A stretch of DNA of 64,000 nt. It comes from Vicugna vicugna (lineage: Eukaryota). Each line of letters starts with the position of its first letter. Position 1 is the stretch's first letter. The stretch spans positions 2,262,686 through 2,326,685 of the forward strand of contig MU058337.1 in the NCBI GenBank assembly GCA_013265495.1, in the 5' to 3' direction. Of the stretch, positions 52,881-64,000 are shown in pieces. Below the pieces are notes generated by a model, which worked only from the letters and a program-made list of their open reading frames with translations, was not told where the DNA came from and made no database searches. The translations under genes and the position numbers were made by a program.

Positions 52881-53043
52881 CAGTGCTTCTTTCAAGGCCA
52901 GGTGCATCAGAGTCACTTGGATGCTGTCCTCAGCTTTGTTCCTAAACCAGTCGATTTGGGGGGGAGGTCCCAGAATTTCCATTTCCAACAAGTGCTCAGA
53001 TGATAGTGTTGCCGATCCAGGACCACACGTTGAAAACTGCTAT
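52881..53043. mobile_element. MER5A-like hAT element
   Basis: cagtgcttct...gtgcatcagagtcacttgga...cccagaattt.catttc.aacaag..ctcagatgat...ccaggaccacac.ttga. Confidence 0.8.
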
Positions 53044-53064
53044 TTTAATGCTTACATATGGTAG

Positions 53065-53260
53065 CAGGAGTCAGATTACCTAGAGTTTTAAAATCCAACT
53101 TCTACCCCTTTGTAGCTGTCTTCTCTTTGGCCTGGTGTCTTTACCTCTGCAATGGGGGAAATAATAGTACCCTATGTGACAAGATTATTGTGAGCCATAA
53201 ACCAAGGAATCACTTACTGCCTGGCACATGGTATAACCACTCAGTAACTATGGCTATTGA
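53065..53260 (+). mobile_element. MIR SINE
   Basis: ggagtcagatt.cct.gagttt...ctctgcaatgggggaaataatagtacc...tgcctggcacatggta. Confidence 0.75.
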
Positions 53261-53359
53261 TAATACAAATGATCTCTCAATAATTTTAATGGTGAGAGAA
53301 ATACTGTAAATTCTATAGCATTTTTAAATGTAATATGTTTTATTTCTGAATATTTTTTA

Positions 53360-53495
53360 AATTCAATGACTTGTAGTAACCTGTAATGAAAAAGAATATA
53401 TATGTGTACTGAATCACTATGCTGTACACCAGAAACTAACACCACATTGTAAATCAACTTCACTAAAAGAAAAAAGTTATTAAAAAAAAAAAAAA
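53360..53495 (+). mobile_element. Short L1 3' end with poly(A)
   Basis: cttgtagtaacctgtaatgaaaaagaatata...actgaatcactatgctgtacaccagaaactaac followed by an A run. Confidence 0.9.
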
Positions 53496-53769
53496 GGAAA
53501 CATGCACAAGGAAAAGTCAGAGAGACTGCAGACATCACCTGCTGGTGACTCTGGGAAAACCCAGTCAGGGCCCAGTGATGTCCAAGTTCAGATACTAGAT
53601 GTTTTGTGTGTTGATGACAGTGACTCTGCTCTGTGTCAGATTCTGAAGACAGCTGGTGAGTACCAAACTTCTGAATCAGGCAAACCGTTCGTCAAGTCTG
53701 AGATTGTTGAGTCCTTCAATTTCATTTATCAGCAGGCCTGTGATTAGCTGGTCAAAGAGTCCTTTAGAC

Positions 53770-53940
53770 AATAAGGATTAACTGTAAAGCCCAGGGAACT
53801 ATATTCAATATCTTATAATAAACTATATTGGAAAAGAATTGAGAAAAGAATATAGATCCACACACATGTATAACTGAATCACTTTGCTGTGCACCTGAAA
53901 CTAGCACAATACCGTACATCGACTGCACTTCAATAAAGAA
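53770..53940 (+). mobile_element. Short L1 3' end
   Basis: cagggaactatattcaatatctt.taata...gtataactgaatcactttgctgt.cacctgaaacta.caca. Confidence 0.9.
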
Positions 53941-54409
53941 GAGCTCTCTCTCTGGAGCGTTTCGGTGGCACGTGCCTCCACCTGTTGTTAACCAGCTTCC
54001 ATCCAGCGCCCGATCACGCTGGGCTCTCCCTGTCCTGAGCTCCCGCCACCACCCTGATGGCCTCGAGCACTCTCTGGCACTTCTGTAGGTGCGAAGGGGA
54101 TAAACTCTAAGAATTGAGAGAAAGAACTACAAAACTCAAATCTTAAATTTTTTAAATTGGAACATTTGCGTACATCCCAGAGGCACCTGTGGATGAATAT
54201 AGTGCTTGTTTTCCCCCTCAGTTAATGTTATTTATTTTAACCTTTGCTTTTTGACTAGAGCCTTGCTGTTTTTCTTTCAAATACCCCTCAGAGTGCTTCT
54301 CTGGAATTGTACAAACACTGCCTTGCTCATAAATATTTTCTCCTCTATTGATTTTTTTCTTTAATGCATCAAATGTAAAAATACTATTAGTTCTATTTAC
54401 TACTTAAAG

Positions 54410-54478
54410 TTATTTTCATCACACACAATTTAAACCCATTCTTATTTTCATCATGCACTTAATTTAAACTCATTCTTA
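54410..54478. repeat. Two-copy ~33-bp tandem duplication
   Basis: ttattttcatcacacacaatttaaacccattc followed by ttattttcatcatgcacttaatttaaactcattc. Confidence 0.85.
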
Positions 54479-55524
54479 GGTTGTAAATTAAATGCGAAAA
54501 ACTCTCTTTTTTGGTGCTTTTCTTGTCCTCCATTTGCCTTAACTCTCCTTAAACTAAACAAAACCCAAGGCAAAACTTCTGCCTGGAAAACTGAAGAAGT
54601 TTGATTTGTTCCAGCAGTTTCATGCAATTTAATTTGGGTTCCTTATTCGAGTAGTCTAGAATATAAACTTTCTTTTAAGGAGCTCATTTTGGAAAATCCA
54701 CCTAAACAAGTCGAAATCAATGGTTTCCTTACAGAAAGAACCCTGGGGAAAGAATTAGCGGGAATTACTCTATGGGTATGTCTGCTACTAGTTTTTTATG
54801 CTTGATTGCTTGTCAGTCGGCAGAAATCAATGGTTCTCTTTTCACCACAGAGGAGCGGAGAAATGGGGTAAACTACAAGTTATCAGCACTCTGAATGTGG
54901 ATTAAACATTTCACGGCTGTCTCTCCAACATGCGCCCTGAAAGTACCACTTGGCTCCAAATTACAAAGGATTGCATTTAGCAAAGCTTTAATTTAAAAGA
55001 GACACAGGTGACAGCTCTATTATTTTTGCACGTTCAGATGCATCCACAGCTGTTTTTATTTTTCTCAGCTGTAGATGCCAGTATTTGTTGTAATTATTAG
55101 TCTTGGATGTAGCTGAAGATAAATATCTCAAATGCCTATCAAGGCTAAATTAAATTAAGGAAATCACACTTTTCACCCCTACCCTCTTTGGCCCTGCTTT
55201 GCTGCAGGAAATAGCAACAGTGTAAAAGTTTGAGCCTCATTTTGTGTCCCCATCACAAGTACTTTCCAAAGTAGTCCTACGTTCCCCACGTATTCCAACT
55301 CAAGACTCTCCCTACTGGCGTTTTTTTTCTTTTTCCTTTACAGTCAACGCAGCAAAAACAATTCCTTTCAAAGTTTCTTCCATACACATAAGACAGTTTT
55401 ACATTAATTCTGATGGCCAGAAATGTGAAAAACTGTTAATGTGCAAAACAATTATGACCCATTTTAACTCTTTTCCTGGTTTCTCCCTGGCAGTTTTGAA
55501 TGGCAGACCTGAATCTGGTGTGTT

Positions 55525-55872
55525 TTCTTTTGTTTTAAGTATAGTTGGTTTACAATGTTGTGTTAATTCCTGGTGTACAGAGTAGTGATTGAGTTTTATA
55601 TATATATACACACATATATTCTTTTTCATATTTTTTCATTATAGGCCATTATAAGATATTGACTATAGTTCCCTGTACTGTACAGTAGGACATTGCTCTT
55701 TATTTATTTTATATATAGTAGTTAGTATCTGCAAATCCTGAAACCCCAATTTATCCCTCCACCTCTGCTTTCCAACAGATGATGGGATAAAGATGTGGTA
55801 TATACATATACAATGGAATACTACTCATCCATAAAAAAGAACAAAATAATGTCATTTGCAGCAACACGGATA
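55525..55872 (-). mobile_element. 5'-inverted L1 insertion
   Basis: 55525-55773 is antisense L1 3' UTR; 55774-55872 is sense-oriented L1 ORF2 C-terminal sequence (TDDGIKMWYI/TMEYYSSIKKNKIMSFAAT). Confidence 0.88.
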
Positions 55873-58488
55873 GTGTCTTTTTGTTTGTATTTCGTCTGTA
55901 GCTCATTCACTGTATGCAACAGATTGCAAAACAACAGGGCAATGGTTTCACCGTCCATAATGTAAGAGTCAACGTGGAGAAAATGAGAGTCTGGAAAAGT
56001 TGGAAAAGAGGAGAGAGAAATAATAAAATGAGGAGGCAGATTAAGAAGATGGAATACCAGGGTTTTTAAGAGGTAATTTGATCTGTAAGACACATAGAAG
56101 TTTGCTTGTGGAAATGTAAAAAGAATATGATATTTGTCTCCCAAATTCATATAAATGTTGCTTCTGGGGAAAATAACAAAGCTGTTTGTGGCAGTGGCCC
56201 TGGGTTGGCTTACTTTCAGATGGGAAGACAGAGTTTTATTTATTTATTTTACATTTTAAACAAGACTTGATATGCAGCTTTGTAGAGGATCTGGCTGGCC
56301 TATTAGTCAGAAGAGTGGCCTTTGCAACCATGGTGATGATATTAACTTTCGTTCCTCTTGGGGTCTGAGTACGTTCATTAATGACTAGGCTGCCTGGAGA
56401 GATTCATTGCATAGCAGATCCTGCAACAATATTTGAGAGAACTAGGTAGCTTCTCAAGAATGAAAGAGAGAAAATGCCAGTCAACATACTTACAAAGCGA
56501 AGAAATGTTGCAGAGGTGAGCAGGTGATAAATGATGGAAATGTGCATGCTTCTGCCTAATGAGACCATGGAAAGAGAAATACGTTAGTGTTGGCAAAAGA
56601 GAGTTGTATAATACTAGGCTTTTTTTTTTTATTGATTGTCCTGTTGATTTAAAAAGCATTTTCTATTACTTTGATTTATCACTTCAAACAGGGATACATG
56701 CCTGCTACGTGTCTGAAGTGGCTGGATATCTCGTAATGGCCACTGAAGAGCTCCGGGTAGATGAAAACACTGACAGCCAAGTCCTTTTCCAGGAAGATCA
56801 TTAGATTGATTCTGTCTGGCTTACCGTCCTGGTTACCGTTGGCTGCCTTGCTTTTTTCTAACTCAAATCTTTCTGTCCGTGCTTCCATTCATTTTAAGGG
56901 ACTCTCTTCAGAAAGACTTGTGATTTCCCTCAGTACAATAGAGTTTGTCTGACATTCACTGTCCTCTAAAAAATTATATTAAACCCTCGTCCCCATACAT
57001 GTCCTTAACTCAGCCAGTCAGCCTTTGTGAGGATCCCTCGGAACTGAGACACGCTTCTGGGTTTGGAGCTGCTTGCAGTGGGATCATAGCTGAGTCACTG
57101 ACTCATCGTCACCACCTCGTTAGTTAAAAGTACAATGTTTTAATTCCTTCATTTGTAAATTTGGAGGATTGGGGCGCGTGACAGGTGATAATAGAGGTTC
57201 TTAGCTGCAATGCTTCTTGAAATATTTAAAGATATACTTTAACACATTTTAATAATTATTGAAGATCCCCCTTAATAACACTAAATCTTTTCAATGAAAG
57301 CTTTTGAAATCGTAGGAAAGTCAAAACAAGGTGTTATTTTCATCCACCTTATTATAAAATGTTCTCAGTGTTTTCAAACATGTAGTGACTTTCGAGTTTA
57401 ATTCAAGATCAATATTTTAAGACCTATAAACTAAGTCTGTATGTTGAATCTTGTTCCTTTATGAATGAAGGAAGAGAATGAACTCTCTAGGTCTACAAGC
57501 TTTTACTTTCCCCTCCCCACCCTTCATTTTCACCCTCTGTCTTGAAATACTCTGACTTTGACCTGGGAAGAGAAACATAAACTTCATTATTTCTTTTGCT
57601 TCTATTCCCACTTCTCAGCAGATGATACGTCTCAGCCTAAATTACAAAGCTCATCCATTTCTTAATCTTCTGGCTCCTGCAAATCTTCTAACTCCTGAAT
57701 TAACCTACCGTGCAACATTGCTGTTCTTTCAAATTGTGTCCAATAAACCCTAGTCTCTTCCTTTTACTAACTCCCTTAAGTTGATACTGTTTATAAAAAA
57801 AAATTAGTTTTCAGTCTGATTGGTGGGGCATTGTTGACAGTAAGTCTATTTCATACATTGTATAGATCTTTCTTCTGGCAAAATGAAGTGTTGATAGAAG
57901 TTATTTTTGACCAAATCCTTTATGGTAAAGATCACAATCTGACAGAGAAGTATCTCCTTTGAAAGGATTAGAGCCTCTAGATAGATACAAATAAGACAAG
58001 AAAAAGTAGACACGTGTTAAATCACGGACCAGCAAAGGGGATGCTTTATGGAAATGAACTCACAAGATAATAATTTGAATTTGACAAGGTGATAATTAAA
58101 GTCCCCAGATAGATTTCCTTCACATCTGTATGCCTTTCAGTAAAGTTGGTTAGCATATTAACTACTGCCGGAGAATACTAACAAATATTCATGGGATGTA
58201 AAACTGCAAATTATTATTCATTTCAATTTGTATAATAAGTGTAACAAAATGCAATGCATATAATATTACACAAGAGGCACTAAAGTCTATTATAGACATT
58301 TTTAGAGCACAAGCTTTGGTGACAATTTTTGTCTTGAAATATTCAAGACATTTAAGTATGAATTAACACTTTTTATAGTTTGAAAGAAATTTTGTATTTC
58401 TTCAATGTACTTTGGGGCTATTAACTTCTTATTTTGGAGGACTAGACTCATTTTAAAATATTAAGTATTTGGATCTGGGCACATAAGC

Positions 58489-58525
58489 ATATATACACAC
58501 ATATATATATATATATATATGCATA
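58489..58525. repeat. (TA)n/(CA)n microsatellite
   Basis: Seen directly. Confidence 0.9.
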
Positions 58526-61500
58526 TAAATAAATCATTAGTCTAACCTATATATTTGATTTTGTTATATTTTTCCTCTAGAGGAAAATTGGGATTCAGCA
58601 ACCAGAAGAAGGGGGCATAGATGTCTGAAAAAAGTCGATAACCACCATCAGTTCAAATTTCAAATAGCAATTCAACTTATTCTTTTCATAACTGAGTTCA
58701 ATTGTACATACATTTTAATTTAAACATTTATATGAAAAACAATTTTAATATGATGATATTAAGACATCACATGATATTTAAGGAAAGAGCTATTAAGTGT
58801 GTCCACACACTGTGGGTAGTGGATGTCACACTTGAGTTTTCTTTGGACCCAGTGATCTATTCAAAGAATATTTCCTGTCATATGGGATTTAAATACAAGA
58901 AATAAATCACTATGCAATGAGATGTGTTACCGTTTCCTACCTATGAAAAAGCATACAAAGGACCAGGAAGAAAGGCTTTCTGAAATACATCATCAGTTAT
59001 ATTGATAACATTTTATACATAAAACATTATTTTCATGGGCTTGAATAAAATAATCAGTTTCAAACGTGCCTAGAACCATCACGATGGACAATGCAGGGAC
59101 CCTTCCATCCACAGTCAAGGGGCAGCCAAGTGTGGAACCAGTGGTCTCCGTCGGGAACGTCAGTCAGAGTAGGAGAGAAAAGAAACATGATTGCAAAATG
59201 GAGAGTCACTGGGGAGAACAGCTTTGATGTGAAGTTATGTTAGAATGGGGAAAAAAATGATTTCCAAAAGATCTTTGCAAGTCCCCTCAAGGAAATAGAA
59301 GTTCCACTTGAACAAACTTAATAAAAGAGGAAGAGAGAAGATCAAGAACAAAAGTATGGGGAAGGAAAGGTCAAACACGGACTTTCTGGCAAACCAGGAA
59401 GAGAAGGAATTTAAAGTAGAATGTCACAGTTTAGAAAAGACTGCGCTTGCAGAGTAAGTGAAATCTTTAGGCGCCCTAAACAACGCAAATTTTATGTGCA
59501 TTTTTGTAGAGCCGTCAGATCACAACACATAACTGGTGCCGCTTCTGGAAGGAGAATGTGGCACGTTCTCTGCAGGTGCCTGGGAAAGTCTCGTCGGCTT
59601 CCTAAACTTGGGGTTCTGTTTAGGACTCTGGCATATGGAAATGCACTTTGCTTATCCTCTTGGTGAATTAATGGGAAAACAGCCTCTTTGCTTCTGAGTT
59701 TTGCAATTCATACTTCATGTCTTTTCATTTTTCTCTGCGATTTAATTTCTTTCACTACGCCGGGCATGACTAATTGTTGATTTTCACTGAATTACAGCCA
59801 TTATCCACTGGCCAGCTCCTCATAGCAGCCAGCCTAGTAAGCTTTCCCCAGCAGACAGGAAGGAAAAGTCAAAATTCACCCATTCTAGAAAACCCCTCAT
59901 CTCTCCTTATCATGGGCACGGCTGTCAGATACCTGTCTCTCTTAGAGCCGTTGAGTGTTCCACTGGTATAGCCAACAGTGAGCATCTAGTCTACCACATG
60001 AATGAGTATTAGTTTTGAACAAGATACGTTTTGGAAAACAAAACAAAATCTGGATTTTTTTTTCCCTTTTTAATAACTCATCATTTTCTTTACCTCCTTT
60101 CTCCTTTTTTTCTACTTATCATTTTCCCCCAGCTGTACTTTTCCCAAACTGTGACTGGTGCTACCTTTGTAAAACAAGATCTGAGGTTCCATCTTTTTGC
60201 TTGGATCCTTTCAGTGCCCCCCTGCTTCGTACCACTGAGGGATCCTTCAGAGACCAGCCCGGCCTTCTGCTGACCTCTCACTGTCCTCACACGCCAGCCC
60301 TGTTCTTACATGGTAGTTTCCAGTAGTTCTGAACCACACATGGAGAAGATTTAAAGAACACGTTTTGCAAAAGTTCCTGTGTTTTGGAGCCCAAAACTCT
60401 ATTTATTTTCCGAGTAGTAGACCAGGTTCTAGGGAAACCACTGTGAGTTTACCAGTACTGAATGGTCTCAGAATTAATAGTTTTTCTGCTTTAACGAAAG
60501 CAGAAATTGTTGTGAATGAGATAATAAAATATAACCACATAGGTAAGGTAAATATTTCTTTCTAAAAATAATTTAAACTTTGCTAAAAATAATTTTTAAC
60601 AATTTCATTTTTATGAAATGTTTAACTTGTATGTTACATGCTTCTCATTTGTAGCCCATTGATCTTTTAAAATCTTAAATTTTGCTACTATTCTCCTGTG
60701 ACTTTGTGTTCATAAACACACCCAGTGTTCACAAACACAAATCTTTTCACCCCAATCTATTTAACAAAATAAAAGTAAAATTATTTTACTCCAAATTTTG
60801 TGCATTTCAGATTTTTCTAATTTTTTTCTATTTGGCTGGCTTGAGTGTCTTTAAGTATATGATGCAAACCATTGTGTTTTATTGTACATTTGACTGTGAC
60901 TCAGTGTGACATTGCTAAAGGCTACACACTGATTATTTGGGTAGCATTGCGAATATAAGGAAGGCCAGACACATGGGTAACATCAGTTGGCTAATCTGAG
61001 AACCCATAAGCTTCCAAGATCATAACTGGGTACTTTTGAACATGTTCCCAGGAAATACACTCATCTTAGGCTCTCTGTATTTTATTGAATGAACCTATCC
61101 TTCTCAATGCAGCCCTTCCTGGATCTGTCACCAGTGTCTCTGTGTATACGTTTTTGTGCAGACACCCTGTCCGTAAAAGTGACTTGACTGTGGATGAGCT
61201 CATTTCCTAAGGAATCCAGAAAGGCAGACGATCTCCCAGGCCCTAGAGGAGAGTCTGTAGTTGTCACTCATACAGCAGTTGGTTCTCACCCACTTTGCTG
61301 CCTTCCATCGGCATATTTGCCTCTTGAACTTTCATGAATTAACCAAACCCTTTTGTAGATCTATTAGTTGAAACATTTTGCAATGGAAAATCCTAGCTGC
61401 GACTGAATCCCCCAGTATTTCCTCGACATATCAATGACCGGAATTTTAAAAAGATGGCCAGTGTAACTAGCCGGTGAGGTGCCTCTTCCCATAGAAGTAA

Positions 61501-61944
61501 CTCAAATTCAACACAGTGAGGTCACTGTTCCTTTGTTTTGGAGAGAAAACAGGGCGAGTTATTTGCTTACACAAGAAAGCAAACATTTTTTTCAGAAACA
61601 TATCATTTTGAAAAAAATCAGAAATGAACCAGGCACCATGATCTGTCAAACATTGAAGAAGATTTTCTTCATTGTTAATACAATTCCGCCATGTAGACTG
61701 TTCCTTTTAGGAAACCATTTACCCTTCTCCAGTCACCACAAATAGCTTTCTGGTTATAAATCTGTCCAAGACACTTCCACTGGTAATTTGCGTCATAACT
61801 TGCCAGAAAAATGGGAATAAGGGGGAAAATGATCATTATTGAAATCCTGGAGGAGCTTAGCCTGTGAAATCTTTGGGCAGTCCCAGGTGATACTCACGTC
61901 ACTGTTCTCAGCTCTTCAGCCCCTGCGGTAACAGGGTGTCACCC

Positions 61945-62345
61945 CCACCCCTTTGCCCTGTGACTTTATAGAGCCTCCAGGAGGGTATGTAAGTGCACTT
62001 CCCTTAGCCACTGCCTCTGATCTTGTTGACTAACTTGCGCTGGCCAGTGGAAATTTAGCAAACGCGATGTGACAGAGGCTTTAAGTGAACGTCTGTGTTA
62101 TGTCTTGGCCTCCTGAGCTTCTGCCATTTGTCAACAGAGGAGTATGCTCCAGGTCACCTGGAGTCCCAGAATGAGGAGATGCCTGTGGCTGAGCTAAACT
62201 TAACTCACATGCCCCTCTGATCCCAGCAGCCTCCTGCTGAGCCACTGCTGACCAGCAGGGCCATGAGCAAGGACTGACTGCTTTTGCCAGCTTCTGAGCT
62301 TCATGTTTGTATCAAGCAGCCTTATGCAGTAGAAAGTTGACAAAT
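61945..62345 (+). mobile_element. MLT1H/I-like MaLR LTR
   Basis: ccctttgcc.tgtgactt, tggccagtggaa.tt.agcaaa.g.gatg, gtcccagaatgag, and the end gcagccttat..gtag.aa.gttgac.aat. Confidence 0.7.
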
Positions 62346-64000
62346 GTGATGCTTTCTGCGTGGACATGTATTCTGTGTCCTGCAGGCATCAATGAAAGTC
62401 ATGTCCAGCGAAAGCCTGATTTGTTATGTTGTTGGGAACCAAGGGACAGATGCAACCTTGAAGTGATGCTACGCGGTGGGGGAAGGGCGGGCAGCAACAT
62501 CCGCCCAGGAAAGTCAGAACAAAGAAAAAGAGGGACGAGTGCGGAAGAGCGCTGCAGGCGTCTAGCATCAGATGCTTTGCTGAAGGACAGCATGCAACTC
62601 TGACGTACAAAGTCGTGGGACACATAGGCATTTTCTAGACATTCCCAGAAATACTTGGGGGAGAGAAACCCCGTAAAAGACTAGATTTTCTGCCACAATA
62701 CACAAAGGAACGTGGGCTATTGCTATTTAGGCATTAAAGGGAAGCATGTCCCACCCCTGAAGGCTGAATAAGTGTGAGACACCTGGTTTACATTTGCCTA
62801 AATCTTTGCACAGGACAATCCAACCTTCTAAGCGCGATGCGAAGTGGCATAGCCAATCTATTAAGCACAGCTTCTCTTAACTCATAATACATAGCATATA
62901 GCAAGCGCACCCCAGCCGACATTTACTCTGCTCCTTCTGTGGACAAGGCTGGACTCAAAGATTTTTCAGGTTTTAAGTCCTTTACAGACTTATGAGATAA
63001 ATGATTTTTACTATCTTTAGTTCATAACTGAGTAAATTGTGGTTTAGAAAAGCTGAGTAGCTAGACCAAAATCCAGCGGCAAAAAATGACTCTATGTAGT
63101 CGTTTTTTTTTGGAAAACACACTTTGCTATTTTTCTTTTATCTTTGCTCCCTACCTCTGTGACTCCTAAAACATTGCAGGTGTCAGTATTTGTAAAATCT
63201 GTGTATATGTATACATATATATGACCATATTACATGTATAAAAATTATATATATATGTATGAATTCCAAAAAAATTGTATATGTTTAGAAATTGCAGACA
63301 ATAAGCCATCCTGTCCTTGGAGTGAGATCTACAATTGACAGATTTTGTCTGAGGACCAAGCACACTACCTACAAAGATATGGCCCCATGAGGAAGGAAGA
63401 CTTCCTTAATAGCTATCTACCAGACACATCATTCTTTTTTTTTTATTCTTTTTTCCCCCTAGGAGAACTATTTACTAAAAATCCACCCAAGCTGATGCAG
63501 CTTTGCCAAGGTGAGATATGCAAATCATCTGTGTAGTGCCACAGACACGGGAGGATTAATCATAGCATTAACAAAAGTCTGTTGTTAACCTTGAGGTGCA
63601 TTTAGAAAAAATGAAAAAGCACAGCCCAGTGGGTGCATAGAAATGGCATTTTATCAGTTACTGACCAGAGAGTTGCAACTGCAATAACCACAATCCTATC
63701 ACCTGAAAAAAAAAAAAAAAGCCTTTAAAACAAATAATAGGTCAGATTTGCATCTGAACAGTTCTGCACAACTGAATTGTTTCCACTTTTTTGGTTTAAC
63801 TCATCAGATGTTAAGTTACTGTTCTTTTGAGGGACAGTGAATCATAACTCAGAAATAATTTCCCTTTTTATTAGTAGTCAGAAATAATATAAGAAACAAA
63901 TAATTCCAGGTTAATTTACAAAAATTAATTAGTAACATTTTAATAGTCTTCTTCCTAAAACAATAGCTTGAATTAGTAAGAGTAGAGAAGGGTCAATCAG

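Noticed and set aside
1..64000. CRISPR array, operon or other novel multi-gene system
   Set aside because: No regularly spaced repeats or gene-dense coding structure; the content is explained by mammalian repeats, one retrocopy and unique non-coding DNA.

Overview
AT-rich mammalian genomic DNA, most likely camelid: there is a vic-1-like tRNA-derived SINE, the L1 3' ends look cetartiodactyl, and I recognised no Alu or B1 elements. The window is a gene desert or part of a very large intron. I could not identify an intact protein-coding gene. The one clear gene-derived feature is a full-length processed RPSA (uS2/laminin receptor) pseudogene on the minus strand (15050-16065), with 5'TOP start, poly(A) and a 15-bp target-site duplication (TSD). 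The rest is old interspersed repeats (L1, L2, MIR, MaLR/ERVL solo LTRs, MER5 hAT elements), simple repeats and unique patches that may be regulatory. Most notable: strongly AT->GC-biased decay of the RPSA copy, a ~60-bp L1 5'-end-only insertion with its own TSD, a 5'-inverted L1, an LTR nested in an L1, a candidate CTCF site and a few isolated exon-like segments. I found no evidence of a novel multi-gene system. Repeat family names and reference sequences are recalled from memory and not confirmed by any search; repeat boundaries are approximate unless a TSD is given.
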